Shown one piece after another: positions 1 through 8,363 of a stretch of 23,176 nt of DNA. Each line of letters starts with the position of its first letter. Position 1 is the first letter of the stretch. A program made the position numbers and the translations under genes. The stretch comes from Gemmatimonadaceae bacterium (GTDB lineage Bacteria > Gemmatimonadota > Gemmatimonadetes > Gemmatimonadales > Gemmatimonadaceae), in assembly GCA_040902005.1 (NCBI GenBank), contig JBBDYA010000078.1, forward strand, positions 1 through 23,176, in the 5' to 3' direction. The notes below the pieces were generated by a model. That model was not told the DNA's origin. It ran no database searches and saw only the letters and a program-made list of their open reading frames with translations.

Positions 1-1040
1 CTCGGGCGCCCCGACGCGATGGATGCCCGCGACCACGACACGACGTCTGCGTCCGTGAGCAGCGCTGCCGGCACCTTCGCGAAGCCGGACGCGGCGCGCG
101 CGGACACGCCGCCTGCCGCCGCCCGTCGGGCAACCAGTTGCTGCGACGTTGCGTCCAGATCCGGTTCAGCGGCATCCAGGACTTCAATCGCGCGCTGCAG
201 GTTCGTCCCGCTGGCGTCGCGCTGGAGGTAGCCCAGCAGGCCGGAGCGCAGCGCCGACCGCTGCGCGGCGTCCGCGGCGGCCGACAGGCGAAGGCGGTAC
301 GCCGACGGCATGTCCCCGAGCTTTTCGTAGGCGTCAGCCGCCGCCAGCGCCATGCCGAACCGCTCCAGGGCCTGCGCCTCCGTGGGCTCGATGCGCGCCC
401 GGGCCACACTCTGCTTCACGCTCGCGTACAGGCGCGCGCGCTGGGCCGCGTCTGCGGTATTGCCGGCCGCGCGCAGCAGCAGCCATTCGCGCGGCAGCGG
501 CAGGCCCTCGGCGGCTCGCCGGTAGCCGGCCGCGGCACTGTCCCGAGCGTCCAGGCGATCCAGCGCCCGCGCGAGCAATGCCTGGCGAAACGCGTGTGAA
601 CCGGGGTCACTGCGCACGGCCAGTGCGGCCTCGGCATGCTCGCGCGCCGTGGTGCCGTCTCCACGCTCCAGGGCACTGCGCGCAAGCAGCTCGCGGCCCT
701 CGCCGTGGAACAGCGAGTCGAGCCAGGGTTCATACGCGAGCAGCGCGTTGACCATCGTCCACCCGCGCCAGCCAGCCGCGGCGCGGGCCGCCACCAGCAC
801 GGCCTCCGGCGTTCGCCGCTCGCTGGTGCGCAGCGCGGGCGCGACATGTTTGGTCGCCGCCCACGCGCGCCCCTCGGCCAGTTCCACCTGGGCCGCACGA
901 ACGTCGGGATCGGTGGTCGACACCGGTGCCGGAACGAGCGGCAGGTTCGATGAGACTTCACCGGCCGCTTCCCGCCGGTCGCCTTGCTGGCAGCCGAGCG
1001 TAGCGGCGATCACCAGGCCGTGCATCACGAGGGTCAGCAT
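1..1040 (-). CDS. N-terminal part of a large alpha-helical/TPR-like exported (lipo)protein, possibly Slt70-like; runs off the left edge
   Basis: Absent from the ORF track because it has no stop in the window. Manual translation from ATG at 1040 gives MLTLVMHGLVIAATLGC (hydrophobic signal plus lipobox-like LGC), then Ala/Arg-rich helical sequence (e.g. LLARALDRLDARDSAAAGYRRAAEGLPLPREWLLLRAAG), open to position 3. No catalytic domain is visible, so the Slt70 link is a guess. Confidence 0.7.
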   Translation of the reverse strand, partial: MLTLVMHGLVIAATLGCQQGDRREAAGEVSSNLPLVPAPVSTTDPDVRAAQVELAEGRAWAATKHVAPALRTSERRTPEAVLVAARAAAGWRGWTMVNALLAYEPWLDSLFHGEGRELLARSALERGDGTTAREHAEAALAVRSDPGSHAFRQALLARALDRLDARDSAAAGYRRAAEGLPLPREWLLLRAAGNTADAAQRARLYASVKQSVARARIEPTEAQALERFGMALAAADAYEKLGDMPSAYRLRLSAAADAAQRSALRSGLLGYLQRDASGTNLQRAIEVLDAAEPDLDATSQQLVARRAAAGGVSARAASGFAKVPAALLTDADVVSWSRASIASGRP

Positions 1041-1136
1041 GCCGCGACACTGGTCACGATTCGTACCATTCCCCGCTACCTTTGCCGCGGGCTCCACTCT
1101 CCTTCTCATGATCGCTGAATCACTCCGGGTCACACG

Positions 1137-1388
1137 ATGAAGCGGCCTCTGTCGCTCGTGCGTGGACGCTTCCTCCAGTTTCTCGGTAGCGTCGTGGTGT
1201 TGCACGTCATCGCGATCGCCGCGTACTACTCGCTGGGCATTCCGCGCGCGGCGGAACGGCTCCAAAAGCTATACGCCTGGGGCTGGATGGGGCTGACGGT
1301 CGTGGTGGTGGTGGTGGGGATACAACGACTCAAGCGAGCCAGGCGCGGCGGGCCGCGCCCGCCCAATGACCGGCTCGGTCAACGCTGA
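1137..1388 (+). CDS. small hypothetical membrane protein (2 TM, 83 aa)
   Basis: Two hydrophobic segments (FLQFLGSVVVLHVIAIAAYYSLGI; LYAWGWMGLTVVVVVVGI) flanked by basic residues. It fills the gap between two minus-strand genes. Confidence 0.6.
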   Translation: MKRPLSLVRGRFLQFLGSVVVLHVIAIAAYYSLGIPRAAERLQKLYAWGWMGLTVVVVVVGIQRLKRARRGGPRPPNDRLGQR

Positions 1389-2665
1389 ATCGTGATGCCG
1401 CCCGAGGGGAACGACAGGGCGCGCGGAGCCGCGCCCGGCGGCGGTGATTTCCTGGCGTGCTTCTGCCGATACATGGCGGCGTCCGCCAGGGAGATGGCTT
1501 CCTCGATTTCTTCGGCGCTCGTGTAATTGGCGGTGCCCAGACTCACCTGCAACCGGACGCTTTGCCCGCCGCCGAGCTCGAGCGGCTGGGCATGCGCGAG
1601 CACGTCGATCAGGCGTTCTTCGACGTCGGCCCCGCGCGCCGACGGTATGACGAGCAGGAACTCGTCGCCGCCCCAGCGATAGAGCTTGTCGTAGGGCCGC
1701 AGGGTCGAGCGCAGCAGGTCGGCGCACTGCCGCAGCAGGCGATCGCCGCCAATGTGGCCGAAGGCGTCGTTGACCTCCTTCAGGTTGTCGAGATCGGCGA
1801 TCGCCACGGTGCCATACGTCCCGCGCGCCATCTCCAGCCCCACGCCCTGCGCGAACGCGCGCCGGTTGAGCGAGTCCGTGAGGGAGTCGTACAGTGCGGC
1901 GCGCATCAGCTGATCGTGCGCGACCCGCAGCTCCGCCTGTGCGTCGTCCACCTCACGCTTGCCATCCTCCATCAGCAGCACCACCATCGCGAATCCCAGC
2001 GCGATGTTCAGCAGGAGATCCAGATAGGTGTTGAAGTTCACCAGCGCGAGCGCCCAGGTCGGCGGATCGGCGTCACCGCTCACCACGCCAAACGCAATGC
2101 CGTACAGCAACCACAGGGTGGCCAGCCCGGCGAACGCGCCGCCACCGGCAACGCTGCCCAGTGTGCGACGCGAACGTGGGAGGGTGAAGAGCATGCCGGC
2201 ACACGCGCCGAGCCCCACGACGGCAACTGGCGCCTGCCAGACCACCAGATGGTTGAGGGAGGTGGAGCCCAACAGCGACACGATGCTGTACGCGACAGCA
2301 AAGACGAACACGCCCTTGCGCGGACCCAGCAGCCGCGACCCCGTGACATACATCGCCGTCCCGGCCACAAACAGCGAGATGCTGCACAACTTGGCCATCT
2401 GATAGGCGAGGTACAGCCCGCGCACCTGCAGCGAGGAGTCGTCGATGGGCGCTGCCACCAGCTGGGGCATGAGGATATAGCGCACGCACAGGGCAAGAAT
2501 GGCGGTCACGCCCAGGGCCCACGCGGCGGTCCACGCCGCGAAGTACGCGCGGCGCAGCACGTAGCGGCGCAGCAAGATGAAGAGGAGCACGAGCAGCAGC
2601 TCGCCTCCCAGTTGCACCACGACTCCGATGAAGGAGACGACGGCGGTCAGGTCGCCATCGAGCAT
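1379..2665 (-). CDS. membrane-anchored diguanylate cyclase (GGDEF)
   Basis: Likely start is MLDGDLTAVV at 2665; the upstream part of ORF 1379..3550 is antisense to the next gene. Multi-TM N-terminus and coiled linker, then DSLT..NRR, DLDNLKEVNDAFGHIGGD and RPYD-x5-GGDEF (I-site and active site intact). Confidence 0.93.
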   Translation of the reverse strand: MLDGDLTAVVSFIGVVVQLGGELLLVLLFILLRRYVLRRAYFAAWTAAWALGVTAILALCVRYILMPQLVAAPIDDSSLQVRGLYLAYQMAKLCSISLFVAGTAMYVTGSRLLGPRKGVFVFAVAYSIVSLLGSTSLNHLVVWQAPVAVVGLGACAGMLFTLPRSRRTLGSVAGGGAFAGLATLWLLYGIAFGVVSGDADPPTWALALVNFNTYLDLLLNIALGFAMVVLLMEDGKREVDDAQAELRVAHDQLMRAALYDSLTDSLNRRAFAQGVGLEMARGTYGTVAIADLDNLKEVNDAFGHIGGDRLLRQCADLLRSTLRPYDKLYRWGGDEFLLVIPSARGADVEERLIDVLAHAQPLELGGGQSVRLQVSLGTANYTSAEEIEEAISLADAAMYRQKHARKSPPPGAAPRALSFPSGGITIQR

Positions 2666-2782
2666 TCGTCCGGGCGTCTCCGAGGCAGGAGCTATATGGT
2701 GGGGGCCGGGACGGGCCGCGTCCAGAGCAGATCGCGGCCGCCTATCTTGAGGGAGCAGCGAACCTGGCACAGGCCCTTCACC

Positions 2783-3889
2783 ATGCCAACCACGCAGGAC
2801 ATCGAAACGCCGGCTCTTGTGGTCGACCTCGACCGCATGGAGCGGAACCTCGACCGGGGGGCGGCGTACGCGCGGGCGCATGGCATCGCGCTGCGACCGC
2901 ACATCAAGACGCACAAATCGCCGGTGCTCGCGCGCGAGCAGCTCGCCCGTGGCGCTGGCGGCCTCACGTGCGCCACGCCGCGCGAAGCAGAGGTCATGAG
3001 TGAGGTGTGTGACGATTTGCTGGTGATGTATCCGCCGGTGGGGGCCGCGCGCGCATCCCGCCTGGCGGCCGTCGCGCGCCACGCTCGGCTGACCGTCGCG
3101 ATGGATTCGGACATCGCCGCGGCGGAACTGTCGCGCGCAGCGGCCGCCGCCGGCGCCCACGTGCGCGTGCTGGTCGAACTGGACGCGGGGATGCATCGCG
3201 TCGGCGTGTCGTCTCCGGCGGATGCGGTAATGCTCGGCCGGCGGATCGCCCAGCTCTCGCACCTCGAGCTCGCGGGCATCGCCTTCTATCCCGGGCACAT
3301 TCGCGCGCCGGTCACCGAACAGGCGTCGGACCTCGCCGCGCTCGGTGCCTTCGTGGCGAGCGCCCGCGCGTCGTTCGACCAGGCGGGCCTTCCGCTGGAA
3401 GTGGTCAGCGCGGGATCCACCCCCACCATGTGGCAGACACACGCCATCGGCGGCGTGACCGAGATGCGCCCCGGCACCTACATCTACAACGACCGAACCA
3501 CCGCGGAGATCGGGGCGTGCGCGCTGGACGACTGCGCGCTGACGGTACACGCCACGGTCGTGAGCACGGCGGTGGCCGGCCAGGCGGTGATCGATGCGGG
3601 CAGCAAGGCGCTGGGGCGCGAGCCGATTCGCGGCGGTTCAGGCGAGGGCTTCGGCTGCCTCGCGGACGATCCAGGCGTCGTGGTCAAATCGATGTCCGAG
3701 GAGCACGGCATCCTCGACCTCTCCAGCACCCCGTGGCGGCCGCGCGTGGGCGACCGCGTGCGCGTCGTGCCCAATCACGTGTGCATTGTGGTGCACCTGG
3801 CCGACGTGGTCTATGGCGTCCGTGACGGGGCGCTGGCGTCCACCTGGTCGGTGGCCGCGCGCGGGCGCGGCGTCTCGGACGGGCGATAG
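2783..3889 (+). CDS. fold-type III PLP enzyme, D-threonine aldolase / D-serine dehydratase (DSD1) family
   Basis: Start MPTTQDIETPALVVD. PLP lysine motif RPHIKTHK, plus GMHRVG, GSTPT, EMRPGTY, DAGSKAL, SEEHG and the PNHVC metal ligands. Confidence 0.9.
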   Translation: MPTTQDIETPALVVDLDRMERNLDRGAAYARAHGIALRPHIKTHKSPVLAREQLARGAGGLTCATPREAEVMSEVCDDLLVMYPPVGAARASRLAAVARHARLTVAMDSDIAAAELSRAAAAAGAHVRVLVELDAGMHRVGVSSPADAVMLGRRIAQLSHLELAGIAFYPGHIRAPVTEQASDLAALGAFVASARASFDQAGLPLEVVSAGSTPTMWQTHAIGGVTEMRPGTYIYNDRTTAEIGACALDDCALTVHATVVSTAVAGQAVIDAGSKALGREPIRGGSGEGFGCLADDPGVVVKSMSEEHGILDLSSTPWRPRVGDRVRVVPNHVCIVVHLADVVYGVRDGALASTWSVAARGRGVSDGR

Positions 3890-4024
3890 ACGTTCTTCAG
3901 CGCATCGTGCGCGAGGACCGTGGGCCTGAGCGCGGGATTCTGGTCGTAGATAGCCGGTGACATGGGATCTCTTCTTCTGTACTCTCTGACACCGGCTGTC
4001 GCGAGAAGGTTGTCGTGCGGCACC

Positions 4025-4663
4025 TCACCCGTCGCGCCACGTGCGCAGGTACGACTGGGCGTCGGTGACGTCGCCCTGCACGAGGGCGTGTCCCGCCTCC
4101 TGCCACCGCAGCTCCACGCTCGCGCCGGCCTCACGCATCATCTCCGCGAGACGCTCCGAGGTGCGCGGTGGGATGATGGGATCCGTCTTGCCGGCGGAAA
4201 TCAGCGCCGAGCTGCCGCTCAGCGCCGGCGGCCGCGCCGGCTCGAAGGGAACCATGGCGCGCAGCAGAATCCCGTGCCGCAACGCGTCTGGTGCAGTGAG
4301 CATCACGCTGGCAGCGATATTGGCGCCGTTGGAGAATCCCACGGCCACCAGCCGTTCCAGGCCAAACTCGTGCAGCGCGGCCGCTTCCCGGATGAACTGC
4401 GCCAGCTGAGCCGTTCGTGCCGCGAGGTCTTCGAGATCGAACACCCCTTCGGCCAGGCGCCGGAAGTAGCGGGGCATGCCGTTCTCCAGCACGTTGCCGC
4501 GCGGACTTACCACGGGCGCGCCCGACGCGACCTTGGCCGCGAGGGGGAGCAGGTCCCGCTCGGTGCCACCGGTGCCGTGCAGGAGCAGCAGGACGGGACC
4601 GGCCGCTGCGGTGCCGGGCTCGAAGAGGTATTGGTGGCCAGCCAGTTGGCTTACGGTGCTCAT
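4025..4663 (-). CDS. alpha/beta hydrolase, phospholipase/carboxylesterase family (MhqD-like)
   Basis: LLLHGTGG, nucleophile elbow GFSNG, Asp in GKTDPII and His in AGHAL. Start MSTVSQ at 4663. Confidence 0.9.
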   Translation of the reverse strand: MSTVSQLAGHQYLFEPGTAAAGPVLLLLHGTGGTERDLLPLAAKVASGAPVVSPRGNVLENGMPRYFRRLAEGVFDLEDLAARTAQLAQFIREAAALHEFGLERLVAVGFSNGANIAASVMLTAPDALRHGILLRAMVPFEPARPPALSGSSALISAGKTDPIIPPRTSERLAEMMREAGASVELRWQEAGHALVQGDVTDAQSYLRTWRDG

Positions 4664-4682
4664 ATCAGCGAATCTACAAGCA

Positions 4683-5054
4683 ATGCGACTCGACAAATGG
4701 CTCTGGGCGGCGCGCTTCTACAAGACGCGCTCGCTGGCCACCACCGCGGTGGATGGCGGCCACGTGGACGTGAACGGGGATCGGGCCAAGCCGGCCAGGC
4801 ACGTTCGCGAGGGAGACGAGCTGCGCATCCGGCACAACCAGACCACGTTCATCGTGCACGTGCGCGCGCTGGCCGAGCGGCGCGGCCCCGCGAGCGAGGC
4901 GCGCGGTCTCTACGAGGAGACGGAGGCGAGCCGCGCGGAGCGTGAGCGTCTGGCGGAGCAGCGCCGGCTGGCGCCGGCGCCGGCCTACGAAGAGGGTGGC
5001 CGTCCCAGCAAGCGTGACCGCCGTGACATGTCGCGTGTGAAACGCCGCTACTAG
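4683..5054 (+). CDS. hslR: ribosome-associated heat shock protein Hsp15 (S4 domain)
   Basis: S4 signature MRLDKWLWAARFYKTRSLA, plus RRGPASEA..LYEET and C-terminal GRPSKRDRR. Confidence 0.93.
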   Translation: MRLDKWLWAARFYKTRSLATTAVDGGHVDVNGDRAKPARHVREGDELRIRHNQTTFIVHVRALAERRGPASEARGLYEETEASRAERERLAEQRRLAPAPAYEEGGRPSKRDRRDMSRVKRRY

Positions 5055-5238
5055 CGAGGCTCTGAAAAGAGCGAGTAGGAAGCGCGGTAGCTCCCCGGGG
5101 CGCGAGCCAGTATCAATACTGAGACGAGTATGCTTTACTCCTCCCAAGTGCATCCGAGCGCCGCCGTCTCAGTATTGATACTACGCTCGCGCCCCGGGGA
5201 GCTACCGCGCTTCTTACTCGCCCCTTTTCAGAACTTCC
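5055..5238. mobile_element. 184-bp non-coding long-inverted-repeat element (putative MITE or REPIN-like), flanked by CTAG on both sides
   Basis: Arms 5055-5126 and 5165-5238 are reverse complements with 6 substitutions and 2 single-base gaps, around a 38-nt spacer. CTAG lies at 5051-5054 and 5239-5242. The inverted repeat is certain; mobility is inferred. Confidence 0.6.
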
Positions 5239-6855
5239 CTAGGCGGCTTTTCCTTCGGTGACGGCCGACGCGATCCGCAGCAGATCCTGCTGCGAACGGC
5301 TGCGGCGCAACAGCTCGATCGCGCGGGTCAGCGCCCGGTCTTCGCCGAGCGTGCGCTTCTTGGCCTCGGCGTCGCCGAACGCGCGACGCGTCACCCGGCG
5401 ATCGAGCTCCGCGTCGAACAGGGTCTTCGCCACGCTGTCAAAGCGCGGCTCGATGGACACACCGGCGGCGATCAGCCTGCGCCGCAGCTCGGCGCTCCAG
5501 TCAGGCGCCAGCGTGAAGCCGGGCCGCACGTCGTCGCGCAGCTCCAGGGAGTACTGCTGCAACACGATCTGAATCGCCTGCCCCTTCGACGCCACCGAGC
5601 GCAGGAACTCCGACTCGATCAGGGACACCGTATCCTCGTGCACGAGGAAGTCCGGAACGATGCCGCCGCCGCCGTACACCACACGTCCGGAATCACTGCG
5701 GAACCGCGGCCGCTTCACGCGAGACGCCTCGGTGTCCACCGAATCTTCACCCTCCACGATCCTGCCGTCGATCAACCGCCCCTCCAGTAGCCGCCCATCC
5801 GCCGTGAACCGCCGCTCGCGATGAATGGAGCGGCCGCTTGGCGTGTACCACGTGCCCGTCGTGAGCTTGAGGGCGTAGCCGCCATCGAGGGCGTAGAGCG
5901 ACTGGACGAGTCCTTTCCCGAACGTGGTGGTGCCCAGCACCAGGGCGCGGTCATGATCCTGGAGCGCGCCGGCCACGATCTCCGCCGCGGACGCGGTGCC
6001 GCCATTGGTGAGCACCACGAGCGGAATGCCTTCGGCCACCCGGGGACCGGTCGCGCGCGACACCTCATCGGCAGCGTCACGAGCCCGTACGCGAACGACC
6101 TCCTGGCCGTTCTTCAGAAACAGACTGCTGATGGACAGGGACTGCTCGACGATGCCGCCGCCATTGTCGCGGAGGTCGAGGACAAGTCCTCGCGCGCCGT
6201 CGCGCACCAATCCCTGCACCGCCTCGAGCACCTCTTCCGCGGCATTTTCGTTGAAGGTTTGGAGCGGGATGTACCCCACCCCCCCGATGGCCGTGGAATA
6301 GGGTACGGCCGGGACGTGCACCTCGCGGCGCGTGAACGTGAGCCGGATGGGTTCCGCCACGCCGGGACGGGCGAAGCTCACCGCGACACGTGATCCCGGC
6401 ACCCCGCGCAACCGCTCCGAGACCTTGGTGAGTCCCCAGTCCAGTGCCGAGGAATCTCCGATCGCCACGATCCGGTCACCCTCCGATACCCCCGCATCCT
6501 CGGCGGGCGTGTGCGGGAAGACGCGCTGCACCGTCACCACGCGCTGATCCTCCTCTGCCAGCAGCATGCCGGTACCGCCATAGCGGCCGTTCGTGCCCCG
6601 CGCGAATTCCTCGGTCTCCCGCGGCGAGAACAGCTCGGTGTACGGGTCGTCCAGCTCGCGCACCAGCCCGCGCGCCGCCTTCGCCATGAGGTCCGCGCCG
6701 GGCAGCGTATCCACGTACTGCCGCGCGATGATGGACAGCACCTGCTCGAAGAGCCGCGCGTTCGCCCGGACCGGGGGCTCCTGCAGCAGAAACCCGCCCG
6801 CCACGATCGGGATCAGGAGGAGAACGGCGACCAGTGCGGTGCGATTCCGGAACAT
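5239..6855 (-). CDS. ctpA: carboxyl-terminal processing protease, S41A with PDZ domain
   Basis: Signal/anchor peptide, LDDPYT, PDZ domain, DLRDNGGG, catalytic Ser in TASAAEIVAGALQD, Lys in TFGKG, and YTPSGRSI. Confidence 0.93.
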   Translation of the reverse strand: MFRNRTALVAVLLLIPIVAGGFLLQEPPVRANARLFEQVLSIIARQYVDTLPGADLMAKAARGLVRELDDPYTELFSPRETEEFARGTNGRYGGTGMLLAEEDQRVVTVQRVFPHTPAEDAGVSEGDRIVAIGDSSALDWGLTKVSERLRGVPGSRVAVSFARPGVAEPIRLTFTRREVHVPAVPYSTAIGGVGYIPLQTFNENAAEEVLEAVQGLVRDGARGLVLDLRDNGGGIVEQSLSISSLFLKNGQEVVRVRARDAADEVSRATGPRVAEGIPLVVLTNGGTASAAEIVAGALQDHDRALVLGTTTFGKGLVQSLYALDGGYALKLTTGTWYTPSGRSIHRERRFTADGRLLEGRLIDGRIVEGEDSVDTEASRVKRPRFRSDSGRVVYGGGGIVPDFLVHEDTVSLIESEFLRSVASKGQAIQIVLQQYSLELRDDVRPGFTLAPDWSAELRRRLIAAGVSIEPRFDSVAKTLFDAELDRRVTRRAFGDAEAKKRTLGEDRALTRAIELLRRSRSQQDLLRIASAVTEGKAA

Positions 6856-6973
6856 TGGCGAGCGGGAAACGGGGCTTTAAGGAAGGAGCGCGGCAGGCGG
6901 AAAGTCAACGTGCCTGCCTTACCTTCCTACGCCCGCGACCGCCAATGGTTACGCGCACCCCACTTCAGCCCTC

Positions 6974-8344
6974 ATGTCACACCCCCAGGCCCAGCCGTCC
7001 GAATGGCGCGCCCTGATCGCGATCGCGCTTCCCGTGGTCACCATTCAAGTGGGGATCATGCTCATGGGCGTGGTGGACACGATCATGGTCGGGCACGTGA
7101 ACGCCAACGCCCTCGCGTCCGTCGCGCTGGGCAATCTGTACGTCTTCAACGTGCTCGTGCTCTCCATGGGGACCCTGATGTCACTGGATCCACTGGTCTC
7201 GCAGGCCCTGGGCGCGCGCGACGAGGTCGGGGTGACGCGGGCGATCCAGCGGGGGCTCGTGCTGTCGGTGTTGCTGAGCGCTGCCAACATGCTGATGATG
7301 ATCCCGGCGGCGCCGCTCCTCCATCTCTTCCGGCAGCCGGCGGAACTGGTGCCGGCAGCCGAGACGTACGTGCACCTGAACATCATCGGCGTGCTGCCCT
7401 TTCTGGTGTTCGTGGTGTTCCGGCAGAGCCTCCAGGCCATCGGCCGGCTGGCCCCCATCGTCGTGACGGTCGTAGCGGCCAACGTGTTCAACGCCCTCGC
7501 GAACTGGGCGCTGATATTCGGGCACCTCGGCTTTCCGGCGCTGGGCGTGGCCGGCTCCGCCATCGCGACGGTGCTGGGTCGCTGGTTCATGGTGGCGATG
7601 CTGCTGGTCATCGCGTGGCGGGAACTGCATCCGCACCTTGTTTCGCTGGATCGCGCCATCCTGGCGAACGGTCCGCTGCGCTGGATGCTCGCGCTGGGGC
7701 TGCCGATCGGCCTCCAGCAGTTTCTCGAGGTCAGCTCATTCGCGGCGGTGGGTCTGCTGATGGGCACCTTCGGCGCGGTGCAGGTGGCGTCGCACCAGAT
7801 CGCGCTGAACCTCGCGGCGCTGACGTTCATGGTGCCGCTGGGCGTGTCAGCCGCTGCGGCGGTGCGTGTCGGACACGCGATCGGCGCGGGGGACGCGCCG
7901 CGCTCCCGGCGGGCGGCGCGCCTCTCGTACGTGGTGGGCGCGGGCTTCATGTGCACGACCGCGGGGCTCTTCCTGCTCTTTCCCCGGCCGCTTGCGGTCA
8001 TGTTCACCGAGGACGAAACGCTGATCGCCATCGCGGCCACGCTCATTCCCATCGCAGGGTTCTTCCAGATCTTCGACGGGATGCAGGCCGTTGGCGCCGG
8101 CGTGCTGCGCGGACTGGGCGACACGCGCGTGCCGCTGGTGGCAATGCTGTCGGGCTACTGGCTGATCGGCATCCCGACGGGGCTGGCGCTCGCGTACCGC
8201 ACGGAGATGGGACCACGCGGGTTGTGGTGGGGCTTCGTCGCGGGACTCGCCGCCGTTGCGGTGTTCCTCCTCTGGCGTGTGCGGACGCTGTTCAGACGCG
8301 GCGTGTCCCGAGTCGAGTTGGAGAGCCCGATACAACGCGGATGA
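6974..8344 (+). CDS. MATE family efflux transporter (NorM-like)
   Basis: About 12 TM segments, with VDTIMVGH, LGVAGSAIAT, LGLPIG, FQIFDGMQAVGAGVLRGLGDT and GLWWG motifs. Confidence 0.93.
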   Translation: MSHPQAQPSEWRALIAIALPVVTIQVGIMLMGVVDTIMVGHVNANALASVALGNLYVFNVLVLSMGTLMSLDPLVSQALGARDEVGVTRAIQRGLVLSVLLSAANMLMMIPAAPLLHLFRQPAELVPAAETYVHLNIIGVLPFLVFVVFRQSLQAIGRLAPIVVTVVAANVFNALANWALIFGHLGFPALGVAGSAIATVLGRWFMVAMLLVIAWRELHPHLVSLDRAILANGPLRWMLALGLPIGLQQFLEVSSFAAVGLLMGTFGAVQVASHQIALNLAALTFMVPLGVSAAAAVRVGHAIGAGDAPRSRRAARLSYVVGAGFMCTTAGLFLLFPRPLAVMFTEDETLIAIAATLIPIAGFFQIFDGMQAVGAGVLRGLGDTRVPLVAMLSGYWLIGIPTGLALAYRTEMGPRGLWWGFVAGLAAVAVFLLWRVRTLFRRGVSRVELESPIQRG

Positions 8345-8358
8345 ACGCGGATAACGCG
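8334..8358 (+). repeat. short tandem repeat AACGCGGAT-G-AACGCGGAT-AACGCG
   Basis: Read directly; it spans the MATE stop codon in the convergent junction. Confidence 0.6.
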
Positions 8359-8363
8359 TTTAT

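Noticed and set aside
1457..2782. N-terminal extensions of ORFs 1457..3889 (+, 810 aa) and 1379..3550 (-, 723 aa), suggesting giant overlapping or fused genes
   Set aside because: Each extension is the antisense frame of the neighbouring real gene, kept open by high GC. Family motifs begin only at 2783 and 2665.
3811..3963. Small minus-strand ORF MSPAIYDQNPALRPTVLAHDALKNV... behind a purine-rich stretch
   Set aside because: No recognisable motif, no clear SD, 79-bp overlap with the PLP enzyme 3' end, and no RiPP maturases nearby.
4674..5153. 159-aa minus-strand ORF starting inside the inverted-repeat element (transposase or toxin?)
   Set aside because: No DDE or HUH motifs, and it lies almost entirely antisense to hslR.
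5055..5238. Element read as a CRISPR unit, attC site or plain terminator
   Set aside because: The repeats are inverted, not direct, and there is no cas or integrase gene. I see no convincing attC boxes, and 72-bp arms far exceed a normal terminator stem.
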